A DNA stretch of 64,000 bases, taken from Candidatus Woesebacteria bacterium. Lineage in GTDB: Bacteria; Patescibacteriota; Microgenomatia; UBA8517. The translations under genes were made by a program, and so were the position numbers. Below are positions 19,959 to 28,482 of the stretch, in pieces. The stretch covers positions 206,873-270,872 of the forward strand of contig CP058602.1 of the NCBI GenBank assembly GCA_013426185.1, given 5' to 3'. The notes under the pieces were generated by a model. The model made no database searches. It was not told where the DNA came from and worked only from the letters and a program-made list of their open reading frames with translations. Position 1 is the stretch's first letter. Each line of letters begins with the position of its first letter.

Positions 19959-20987
19959 TCAAGTTTTCCACAGCGTTAAATAAGTATCAGCCAATTTATC
20001 CCACGTTTGTTTCTTGACCCACTTGTAGCCTGGTTCTATTTTCTTTTCAGCCTCATTTGGATTAAGAGTATAAAATTCTACATACCTTGCCAATTCGCTA
20101 GAACTATTACATACCACAATCGACTTATAAAAAGGCGTCATCTTAAGATAATCTTCTTTCAAAGGATCGTCAAACATAGCAAAGACCAACTTCTTGCAAG
20201 CTAGAGCTTCTAAAATAGAGAGATAACCTGAGACAAAAGCAAATCTTGATTTTTGGATAAAATGAAAAGGGTCCTCCACAGCACCTTTATAAACTAAATT
20301 TTTACTCTCCTTTATTTTACTTTTATACTTTCCGTCACCCAAAACCAGAAGTTTAAATCTAAGATTTTTCTTAAGCAAAATCTTAAAAGTATCTAGATAC
20401 TTCAAAAAACAACTTTGATCATCAAGTCGGCCTAAATAAACTGCGTCATAAATCATTTCCTCATTTGTAAATGGATAAAACTTTTTAAAATCTACTCCTC
20501 CATAAGTTACAAAACTCGGTCTGGTACCAAACCATTTTTCAATAAAAGATCCCACACAAATATTACCCCTAGTTAACTTCTCAGCCATCTTTTGATAAAA
20601 AATCGCTTTTCTGCTTAATGGAAAAGAAGGATAACCATGAAAGGTAATATACACAGGCTTGTTAGGAAATAAAAACCTAAACGGCAAGTACCAGATAAAC
20701 ACATCGTGTATATGAACAATTTCAGCTCTCTTAATTTCATCTAGATAATGAGAAAATAACTTAAACCAAATTAAAAGAAGCCCCACAAACTTAATCTTGG
20801 GATAATCAAATCTCAAAACCCTTACTTTACCCAGAAATTCATCATCTGAAAGATTTTCATTGTACTTTTCTGTGATTACAGTTACAAAAGCTCCCTTGTT
20901 GCACAAAACACTAGCTACACTAGATACGTGTCTCTCCACCCCCCCTATATGCGGATTGAAATACTTTGCAAACATCAAAACCCTCAT
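19959..20987 (-). CDS. Glycosyltransferase (GT-B fold, GT4-like)
   Basis: MRVLMFAKYFNPHIGGVERHV, an N-terminal GT4-type donor-binding pattern; 342 aa. Confidence 0.55.
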   Translation of the reverse strand: MRVLMFAKYFNPHIGGVERHVSSVASVLCNKGAFVTVITEKYNENLSDDEFLGKVRVLRFDYPKIKFVGLLLIWFKLFSHYLDEIKRAEIVHIHDVFIWYLPFRFLFPNKPVYITFHGYPSFPLSRKAIFYQKMAEKLTRGNICVGSFIEKWFGTRPSFVTYGGVDFKKFYPFTNEEMIYDAVYLGRLDDQSCFLKYLDTFKILLKKNLRFKLLVLGDGKYKSKIKESKNLVYKGAVEDPFHFIQKSRFAFVSGYLSILEALACKKLVFAMFDDPLKEDYLKMTPFYKSIVVCNSSSELARYVEFYTLNPNEAEKKIEPGYKWVKKQTWDKLADTYLTLWKT

Positions 20988-21070
20988 TGGCTTTAAAAAA
21001 CTAAAAAGATCATATTGACAACAAAATTAGAATCATGATTAACTGTAATAAATACAAGAGATTTCAATTT

Positions 21071-23017
21071 ATGAGAATAAACAAAAATTTAATTTCAATC
21101 ATTTTATCACTCTCACTCATAAATTACCTACTTTTACCCCGCTTAATAGCAAGACAGGCTGACGCACAAAACAGTGTACTTCTTTCTGACAATTTTGATG
21201 ATGGCGATTCTGATGGTTGGGAAGAACATACTTTCAATGGAGATTGGTTTGTAAATAACGGTGAGTACTGGGGAACAGCATCTCCGAGCGGAACGATAAG
21301 CAAAAATTCTTACACTGTTAGAGGAGATACTTCTTGGAAAAACTATAGCTACTCTGTAAAAGTAAGAAGTGAGGAAAAAGATGACGCTGACAAAATTATA
21401 TTCTTCTATTTCAATAAAGACCGAGCCGCATACGAGGTAAATCTCAGAAGCCAATACGACTCATCACATGGTAATGACATCGTACTATTTAAATCCCCCA
21501 ACTTAGACTCTACAGCAGGCAGTATTCTAAGTCAAAAAAACATAGACAATTACCCAAAAACAGACTATACAATAAAAGTAGAGGCAAGAAACATTGGGGA
21601 AGATGTACAGATAAAAATATATGTAGACTCCAAACTTCTTATCGAATATACAGACAAAAAGACAGAAAACAACACCCCAATATACAATGGAGCAGTAGGT
21701 TTGTTGGTCTGGACACAAACACCCCACACAACAGCTTTCGATGATGTTTTGGTGAAAAGCCTAGACACACCACCAACCCCACACGTTGAAAAAGTCATTC
21801 TTGCTCCTGGGATGGGGGCAAGTTGGAACACAGAGGCGATCCTCAATTGCAAGCTTAATGGATATCAAGGTAATTGGACAATGGCGCCTTTTGCTGAAGA
21901 CATTTATAACCCTCTGATCTCATCGCTTCAAGATAATGGTTTTCAAGTCATTCCTTTTTATTACGACTAGAGAAAACAAATTCAATCACACAGCACAAAC
22001 ATATCAAACTTAATAACAAACCTAAACCTTGGTGAGAATGAAAAAGTTGATTTTGTTGGTCACAGTATGGGTGGTCTTGTCGGCAGAGCCTATCTTGAAA
22101 GTGGCAGCGATAAAATCTACAAATACATTTCAGCAGGATCACCTCATCAGGGGACTGCTCTTGCCTACCCTGCGTGGTACGGAGGCGAGATATGGAATAA
22201 CAGTTTGGTAACCAAAATCGCAGCCACACTTCTGATTAAGCGCTGCGGAATCAATCACAAAAACGATATGGAAACACTAAGAGAAATCGCCCCTTCTTTT
22301 CGAGATCTACTTCCAATTTATCCATTCCTCATAGATAAAAAAACAGGAATTCTCAAAGGTATAGACACAAATCAATGGCTTGGGAAAAGCGTGTTTCCGC
22401 CAACTGGGACAGCTACAATCATAGCTACTCTTTCGGGAAATGGTTTTGATACCCTAGAAAACATTATAACAAAAGAACCTTCTAAAAAGGAAAAGAAACT
22501 CGGTCTTTGGGAAGAAGGCAAGCCAGCAGGAAAAGAAACAACAACTAAGGGAGACGGAACTGTGCTTTCAAAAAGCGCCAAAATAGAAAATAAAAAGGTT
22601 ACAAACTTTGAAATTAATCAAAACCATGGAGGTCTAGTGACATCACAGGAAGGAATAAATACCATCATAAATTTTCTTAAGGGAGAAAAATCAGCTCTAT
22701 CAGCAACGTCTTTAATCACTGGTGAAGAACCAAAATCCGCACTGGTAATGATAGCCTACCCGTCTACTTTTGTCTCAATTGATCCTCAAGGGAAAATCAA
22801 AAGAGACAAACACAATGTGGTAACTCAAATTAATCCCAAATCAGGAAAATACAAAGTTGGCTTTCTTCCTCTTGCTGATGAATCAACTCTCCTTATCGGG
22901 CAATTCCTTAAAAATGGCGACTATTCCTGGAAAGAATACAAAATAAAAGGAAGATTACCTTTTGCCAAGACTATAAAATTTGACGAGAATACTCTCACTG
23001 AAAATCCCCTGCAATAA
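21071..23017 (+). pseudogene. Secreted LamG/DUF1080-like domain + class-2 lipase-like alpha/beta hydrolase, interrupted by one in-frame TAG at 21968-21970
   Basis: ORF 21035-21970 and ORF 22067-23017 share one frame with no other stop between them. Read through, the sequence is ...VIPFYYD*RKQIQSHSTNISNLITNLNLGENEKVDFVGHSMGGLVGRAY, a complete lipase nucleophile elbow (GHSMGG) preceded by its normal upstream segment. A signal peptide, MRINKNLISIILSLSLINYLLLPRLIARQADA, follows the ATG at 21071. Confidence 0.6.
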
Positions 23018-23050
23018 TTAAGGTCTATTTTACTACATCTAATCATAAAG

Positions 23051-23070
23051 CCACGCGCTTTAGCGTGTGG
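23051..23070. other. Hairpin CCACGCGC-TTTA-GCGTGTGG (one G-U position)
   Basis: Seen directly in the sequence. It is the first of two tandem hairpins that share AAAGCCACG...TTTAG...GTGGAT flanks. Confidence 0.5.
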
Positions 23071-23101
23071 ATGTAGAATAGTTTAGATGGAGCCAAGAAA
23101 G

Positions 23102-23128
23102 CCACGGCCTTTAGGCCGTGGATTTTTT
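23102..23128 (+). terminator. Rho-independent terminator: CCACGGCC-TTTA-GGCCGTGG followed by ATTTTTT
   Basis: Perfect 8-bp GC-rich stem with a 4-nt loop and a 6-T run, 85 nt downstream of the lipase-gene stop. It is paralogous to the hairpin at 23051. Confidence 0.6.
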
Positions 23129-23159
23129 ACTTCACAATTACAAAAAAATATTTTTATTT

Positions 23160-23185
23160 GTATCCGTGTACTAGTACACGGATAC
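23160..23185. promoter_or_regulatory. 26-bp perfect palindrome GTATCCGTGTACTAGTACACGGATAC (operator-like or bidirectional terminator)
   Basis: Perfect dyad symmetry around CTAG, flanked by A/T runs, in the convergent intergenic zone between the lipase gene and the 23360-24034 gene. Confidence 0.45.
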
Positions 23186-23359
23186 AACACACAAATAGAT
23201 ATCTGTCAAATATCAAGAATAAAGAATCTCTTACAAAAAATAGATCAGCGTATATCAGGCTTGCCACCAAAAATTAAAAAAGAAGCCGATACATAGGACA
23301 CAAGAATAAAAATTATATATTCCGAAATTAAACTTTCTTGAACTTGAAAAAACAAACAA

Positions 23360-24034
23360 CTACTTCCACCTGAAGCTTGACTTAAACCAGAAAAGCAATT
23401 TTTGGAGAACAATCAAAGATACCACAATCACAAAAAACAAAAGAAAGTAAAAGAGGTATCCTTTGGGTGAAAAATCAGATCCTACAAAGAAAGCGTGAGG
23501 GGCAATGATTAAAAACAAAACATAATTAAGGTAATGAAAATAGCGCCAGTTTTCTTTCCACCAAGGCCTACTTCTTAAAACAGCCGCAATAACAGCAAGA
23601 GTCAAAAGATAAAATCCAAATCTGCCAAATGAATAAAAAAGCTCAAGCTTTGTTCTGCAAAGAATGCAAAAATCAACAAAAACATAAAAAGGGTTAAAGC
23701 CCTTTTTGGCGACAAAATTGAAAAAAAGCAAAGAAAAAGTATGAAGTAAAACCAAAAAATAAGCCACCCTGCCCTGCCAAATATGGAAATTCATTACCCA
23801 ACCACCCAATATTGAGGACCATTTTGGCCGATAAGCGCCTATTACTATCTGCACAAAAAGCAAGAATAAAGCCAAAGAACCGGATAATCTTTGCAATAAA
23901 TTCAAAACAGTCAAAGCAAAGTTGTAACTTTTATAGGCAGAAATAGCTTGAAAAACACTATTCAAGATACTGAAAGAGAAAAACAAAATAACAGAAATAT
24001 AAAAAAATAAAAAAATACGCGAGTTTTTATTCAT
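23360..24034 (-). CDS. Polytopic membrane protein with paired TM histidines (ferric-reductase/MsrQ-like heme-b domain?)
   Basis: 224 aa with 6 predicted TM helices. His residues in NFHIWQGRVAYFLVLLHT and HYLNYVLFLIIAPHAF resemble the bis-heme FRD/YedZ pattern. The assignment is tentative. Confidence 0.3.
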   Translation of the reverse strand: MNKNSRIFLFFYISVILFFSFSILNSVFQAISAYKSYNFALTVLNLLQRLSGSLALFLLFVQIVIGAYRPKWSSILGGWVMNFHIWQGRVAYFLVLLHTFSLLFFNFVAKKGFNPFYVFVDFCILCRTKLELFYSFGRFGFYLLTLAVIAAVLRSRPWWKENWRYFHYLNYVLFLIIAPHAFFVGSDFSPKGYLFYFLLFFVIVVSLIVLQKLLFWFKSSFRWK

Positions 24035-24048
24035 ATAACTTTAAGCAG

Positions 24049-24122
24049 TGCTCGTGCCTGGACTCGAACCAGGGACCTTTCGGATGTGAACCGAACGCTC
24101 TAACCAACTGAGCTACACGAGC
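24049..24122 (-). tRNA. tRNA-Val (anticodon CAC)
   Basis: The minus strand reads GCTCGTGTAGCTCAGTTGGTTAGAGCGTTCGGTTCACATCCGAAAGGTCCCTGGTTCGAGTCCAGGCACGAGCA. Anticodon stem TTCGG/CCGAA with loop TTCACAT. Confidence 0.85.
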
Positions 24123-24176
24123 AAAACAGGTTCTTAAACTAATATTTTAGCACCTTTTCATCAGCCATTTCCAGAA

Positions 24177-25289
24177 TTGACAAAGAACTACAAAAGCCAT
24201 AAAGTTAAATTTGTGTTTGGAATCAAGAAAGAAAAAGAAATACCTCTAGCTTTATCTTACGATGATGTGCTTTTAGTGCCCCAGCATTCAGAGATCAATA
24301 GCAGGCAAGATGTAGATCTGACTACTCAAATTACCCCTCGAGTTACCCTAAAAATCCCTCTTATCAGCGTTAATATGACTGATGTTACAGGAGTAAGAAT
24401 GGCAGTTGCTTTAGGCCAACTTGGCGGCATTGGTTTTCTGCCTCGCTTTAACGCCATTGAAGAAGAAGTACAAATGGTAAAAGAGGTAAAACAAGAGGGA
24501 GTTAAAGTTGGCGCGGCTGTTGGCATAAGAGATGGGGAATTAGAAAGAGCTAAAGCTCTAGTTGAAGCAGGAGCTGATATTCTCACAATCGATGTAGCCC
24601 ATGGTGCTCTGCAAAAAGCTATAGATGTTACAAAAACGCTCAAAAGACTCTATGGAAATAAAGTAGATATCGTCTCAGGAGTTGTAGCGACATACGAGGC
24701 AGCCTGTGATCTTTTTAAGGCAGGTGCTGATTCTGTTAGAGTTGGAGTCGGTCCGGGGACAATTTGCACCACGAGAATTACCACCGGAGCTGGAGTGCCA
24801 CAGATTACTGCTTTGCTTGAAGCCGCAAAAGCAGCTCGAAAATTTAAAAAGACTATTCTTTGCGACGGCGGGACAAAAAATCCTGGTGACATTATGAAAG
24901 GGCTTGCAGCAGGAGCCTCAGCGGTTGTCATTGGCAGTCAATTTGCAGGCTGCGACGAATCAGAAGGAGAGATAGTCATCAAAGATGGCAAAAAATACAA
25001 GGCCTACAACGCCTCAACTTCAAAAGCTGAAAAAGAAAAACATACACAAAAGATAAACACCAGCTCAAATTATCTCAAGCATATTGAAGGAATTGAAAGC
25101 CTAGTTCCCTACCGTGGCCCTTTAAGCGAAATCGTTTCTTATCTAGAAGCTAGCTTAAGAGCCGGTTTTTCCTATTCTGGAGCCAAAAATATAAAAGAAC
25201 TCTGGAAAAAGGCAAGATTTGTCCAAGTTACTCCTCAAGGTCAAAGAGAAAGCGGATATCATGACGTTATCCCCAATTTTGACAATTGA
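24177..25289 (+). CDS. IMP dehydrogenase / GMP reductase family TIM-barrel enzyme (no CBS pair)
   Basis: LSYDDVLLVPQHSEI, a catalytic Cys loop VGPGTICTTRITTGAGVPQITAL, and a phosphate-binding GGTKNPGDIMKGLAAGASAVVIGSQFAG. The 370-aa length is consistent with a CBS-less IMPDH or with GuaC. Confidence 0.7.
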   Translation: MTKNYKSHKVKFVFGIKKEKEIPLALSYDDVLLVPQHSEINSRQDVDLTTQITPRVTLKIPLISVNMTDVTGVRMAVALGQLGGIGFLPRFNAIEEEVQMVKEVKQEGVKVGAAVGIRDGELERAKALVEAGADILTIDVAHGALQKAIDVTKTLKRLYGNKVDIVSGVVATYEAACDLFKAGADSVRVGVGPGTICTTRITTGAGVPQITALLEAAKAARKFKKTILCDGGTKNPGDIMKGLAAGASAVVIGSQFAGCDESEGEIVIKDGKKYKAYNASTSKAEKEKHTQKINTSSNYLKHIEGIESLVPYRGPLSEIVSYLEASLRAGFSYSGAKNIKELWKKARFVQVTPQGQRESGYHDVIPNFDN

Positions 25290-25330
25290 CTATTACCACA
25301 ATCTTGAATTAGTATTTAAGAGATAAAAAT

Positions 25331-25894
25331 ATGAGAACTATCAAAAAACTTGGATCTTTTTTCTTTGACATACTTCAGACGGTAGTGTTTGCTATCTCAA
25401 TCTTTCTTTTTATCTATCTCCTTCTTTTTCAACCCCATAAAATCAAAGGAGATTCAATGCAGCCAAATTACCCCGATGGTGAATTTTTGCTGACCAATAA
25501 AGTCACCTACCGGTTTAATCCTCCGCAAAGAGGCGATGTTATCGTATTTAAGGCTCCTGCTAACGAAGAGGATGACTATATCAAAAGAATAATCGGTCTT
25601 CCAGGAGAAACAGTTTCAATAAAAAACGGTCATGTTTATATCAATGGAAAAATGCTTGAAGAAAATTATCTCGCAAGCACTCTTTACACAAGCGGAGGAC
25701 TTTTTCTGCCAAATGATAAAGAAGTTGTTGTTCCTCAAGATCACTTTTTTGTCTTGGGAGACAATAGACCTTATTCCTCAGATTCACGGGCTTGGGGCTT
25801 TGTGCCAAAGCAAAACATCATTGGCAGAGCCTGGCTTGTCTATTGGCCACCGCAAAAAGCAGGATTTATCCCCAAAGTGGAATATAATTTCTAG
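25331..25894 (+). CDS. lepB: Signal peptidase I (S26)
   Basis: A TM anchor is followed by GDSMQPNYPDGE (the catalytic Ser box), IKRIIGLPGE and GDNRPYSSDSRAWGFV (the Lys box region). Confidence 0.85.
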   Translation: MRTIKKLGSFFFDILQTVVFAISIFLFIYLLLFQPHKIKGDSMQPNYPDGEFLLTNKVTYRFNPPQRGDVIVFKAPANEEDDYIKRIIGLPGETVSIKNGHVYINGKMLEENYLASTLYTSGGLFLPNDKEVVVPQDHFFVLGDNRPYSSDSRAWGFVPKQNIIGRAWLVYWPPQKAGFIPKVEYNF

Positions 25895-26740
25895 TTAAGA
25901 AACTAAAGCTTTATATATTTTCTGAAGCCTTTCGTCTGTTTCCTCAGGAGTGCCTTTCAAAATAAAACTCACTCTTGTCTCCCGACGGGAACGAGAGAGT
26001 TTCACTTGGGTTGAGTTCTCTCGACCATCCTTCTCAAGTTTTTTCAAAGCCTGAAGCATTTCTTCCTGCATTCTATCTATTTCCTCTGAAATAATTCTCA
26101 TTTGAGACTCACGCGCTTGAGGCTTGGGTTTTTGTCCTGCCTTATGCTTCATCCTCCGTGCCAATTCTTCGGCTCTTCTGACTGAAGCTGACTCTCGAAG
26201 AATAATCTTATAAGCTTCAATCATTAATTCCTGATCTTCAATGCCAGCTAGCGCTCTTGCATGCCCCTCTGTTATCAATCCCGAAAGCAAACCGTCTTTT
26301 AGAGCATCAGGTAAAGCCAAAAGACGAATTGTATTTGAGACATAAGAAACAGACTTTCCGATCTTAATCGCAACCTCGGAAGTAGTCATCCCAAACTCAT
26401 TCATCAACCTCTCAAAACCTTTTGCTCTATCTATCGGATTCAAATCAACTCTCTGCACATTTTCAACCAATGCCATTTCAAGCATTCCTTTTGGAGTGGT
26501 TTCCCTAACAATACAAGGGACATGAGTCAAACCAGCTAATTTTGAAGCTCTCCAACGCCTCTCGCCTGCAATAATTTGATAACCAGCCGGAGTTTTAGCC
26601 ACAACCAGGGGCTCAAGGACACCATGCTCTTTTATAGAATCGACTAAATCAACTAGACTTTCAGGGGTGATTGCGCCTCTTGGCTGCAAAGGATTGGGGT
26701 TAATTTCATTTACATCAAGCTGGATTACTTCTTCAGCCAT
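25895..26740 (-). CDS. parB: ParB/Spo0J chromosome-partitioning protein
   Basis: The ParB box IIAGERRWRASKLAGL, an HTH (TTSEVAIKIGKSVSYVSNTIRLL) and a basic C-terminus. Confidence 0.8.
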   Translation of the reverse strand: MAEEVIQLDVNEINPNPLQPRGAITPESLVDLVDSIKEHGVLEPLVVAKTPAGYQIIAGERRWRASKLAGLTHVPCIVRETTPKGMLEMALVENVQRVDLNPIDRAKGFERLMNEFGMTTSEVAIKIGKSVSYVSNTIRLLALPDALKDGLLSGLITEGHARALAGIEDQELMIEAYKIILRESASVRRAEELARRMKHKAGQKPKPQARESQMRIISEEIDRMQEEMLQALKKLEKDGRENSTQVKLSRSRRETRVSFILKGTPEETDERLQKIYKALVS

Positions 26741-26741
26741 A

Positions 26742-26993
26742 TCAATTCTTAACTATATAAGCCTCTTTTTTACCCTCTATAGTCCTAAACTTAACAATTC
26801 CTGACTCAACCGCATATAAAGTATGATCTCTCCCAACCTTTACTCCCTTACCCGCTCTAATTTTAGTTCCTCTCTGGCGAACCAAAATCTCACCTGCTGA
26901 AACTTCCTGACCATCCGCCACCTTGAGACCCAATCTTTTTCCTTCAGGTCTTACATGTTGAGTTGTTTTTCCACCTTGTTTCTTCTTAGACAT
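26742..26993 (-). CDS. rpmA: 50S ribosomal protein L27
   Basis: 83 aa: MSKKKQGGKTTQHVRPEGKRLGLKVADGQEVSAGEILVRQRGTKIRAGKGVKVGRDHTLYA. Confidence 0.9.
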   Translation of the reverse strand: MSKKKQGGKTTQHVRPEGKRLGLKVADGQEVSAGEILVRQRGTKIRAGKGVKVGRDHTLYAVESGIVKFRTIEGKKEAYIVKN

Positions 26994-27080
26994 ATTTTAA
27001 GACAATATAAACAAATTTTTCACAGCTGTCAAGAGGATTCATTAATATATATTTAGATATATTCTGTTAGAAGAACCGAG

Positions 27081-27389
27081 CTAAGCTAATTTAATTTCCT
27101 TAACTCTAACCTTAGTAAATAACGGCCTAAATCCATATCTTCTCCTATAGCGAGATTTAGCTTTGTATTTTAAAACCTCAACTTTTTCTCCCTTAACTTG
27201 ATCTAATACTTCAAGAACAACCTTGGCTTTCTCTAAAACTGGCTTCCCCACTTCCACCTTATTGTCGTCATCAAAAACAAGAAGCACTTCGGGCTCTATT
27301 TTTGAATCTAAATTTCTATCTACTAAAATCTCTTCCCCTTCCGAGACTTCATACTGTCTATTTTTTATTCTAATTACTGCTCTTTTCAT
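27081..27389 (-). CDS. rplU: 50S ribosomal protein L21
   Basis: MKRAVIRIKNRQYEVSEGEEILVDRNL...YKAKSRYRRRYGFRPLFTKVRV. Start taken at the internal ATG (M9 of the ORF-track ORF). Confidence 0.8.
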   Translation of the reverse strand: MKRAVIRIKNRQYEVSEGEEILVDRNLDSKIEPEVLLVFDDDNKVEVGKPVLEKAKVVLEVLDQVKGEKVEVLKYKAKSRYRRRYGFRPLFTKVRVKEIKLA

Positions 27390-27432
27390 CACAAAGGATA
27401 TTTTAACCTCCAATCAAAATAAAAACAAGACC

Positions 27433-28482
27433 CTAACGTCTCCTTTTGGAGATTCCGTTTACGAGCCCCAAGGAAATCATAACCGAAATCAAGGAAGAGC
27501 CTCCAGATGAAAGGAGCGGTAAAGTAATTCCAGTCACAGGAACAAGGTTCATGTTCATACCAATATTAACAAGAACTTGAACCAAAAGAGTAAAGAAAAG
27601 ACCTGATAGAAAAGCTCTAACTGAATGCGACTTTGCTTCTAACATCAGTTTAGTTAGTCTCCAAAATAGAAAAAAATAAGCAATAAGAACAAACAAACTA
27701 CCCATAAATCCTAATTCCTCAGCAATTGCAGCGAAAACAAAATCAGTGTGTTTCTCAGGTAGGAACTGTAGTTGGGTTTGGACACCCTTACCCAATCCCC
27801 TGCCCAAAAATTGCCCTGCACCAACCGCCATCATAGATTGAATACTGTTGTAACCTGTACCAAAAGGATCAAGGGTGGGGTCCAGGAAAGTTTTAATCCT
27901 TTGCTTCTGATAAGGAGCAAGAAAGAGATAAAAAACGGGGATAATCAATGCAGAAAATAAAAGAGGTAAAAACAATTTCCTTCTGTCAATCGGCAAAAGC
28001 AAAAAAACTCCCAAAAAAGATACCGCTGTCAAAATAGAAACTCCTAGTGAAGGTTGAATTAAGATCAAAAATACAGGCAAAAAGAAAGATGCCAGAAAAA
28101 CAAAAAACCTTTTGGTCGTTAGCTTTTTGCTTGTCAGATAATCAGCCCAGAAAATAATCAAAAATGGTCTAACTATTTCTGCCGGCTGGATTGAAAAAGA
28201 ACCTAGAGGAATCCATCTGATAGAGCCTCTGGTAACTTCACCCACAAAAAGCACCAAAACCAACAAAAAAATAGAAAACCAATAAATATAGCGAGACAGA
28301 AAAGAGATAACTTCATAGTCCAACTTTGAAAAGACAATAAACAAAAGAATAGAAACTAAGATATAAAGATAATAGTTGGGAAACAGATAAGGTGAGATTG
28401 AATTTAGAATTAAAACACTAAGAGAAATAAGAAAAAATATGGGTATAACCAAAAAAAAATCAATCTTTTTTAAAGAGATCAT
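27433..28482 (-). CDS. rodA: SEDS-family peptidoglycan glycosyltransferase (RodA/FtsW-type)
   Basis: 349 aa, 10 TM helices; GLGKGVQTQLQFLPEKHTDFVFAAIAEELGFMGSLFVL and a C-terminal GITLPLLSSGGSSL. Confidence 0.75.
   Translation of the reverse strand: MISLKKIDFFLVIPIFFLISLSVLILNSISPYLFPNYYLYILVSILLFIVFSKLDYEVISFLSRYIYWFSIFLLVLVLFVGEVTRGSIRWIPLGSFSIQPAEIVRPFLIIFWADYLTSKKLTTKRFFVFLASFFLPVFLILIQPSLGVSILTAVSFLGVFLLLPIDRRKLFLPLLFSALIIPVFYLFLAPYQKQRIKTFLDPTLDPFGTGYNSIQSMMAVGAGQFLGRGLGKGVQTQLQFLPEKHTDFVFAAIAEELGFMGSLFVLIAYFFLFWRLTKLMLEAKSHSVRAFLSGLFFTLLVQVLVNIGMNMNLVPVTGITLPLLSSGGSSLISVMISLGLVNGISKRRR

Noticed and set aside
21015-21043. Promoter TTGACA-17-ATTAAC upstream of the lipase gene
   Set aside because: The -35 is perfect, but the -10 candidate ATTAAC is poor and overlaps the first annotated ATG. 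It was left unannotated as too uncertain.
23087-23296. 69-aa plus-strand ORF in the convergent intergenic region
   Set aside because: It is built from the hairpin/terminator and palindrome sequences (translated palindromes such as PRPLGRG) and has no RBS. It is not coding.
26994-27080. Possible small gene (Prp/ysxB-like protease) between rplU and rpmA, as in Firmicutes
   Set aside because: The 87-nt gap has no ORF of meaningful length in any frame, so the spacer is simply non-coding.
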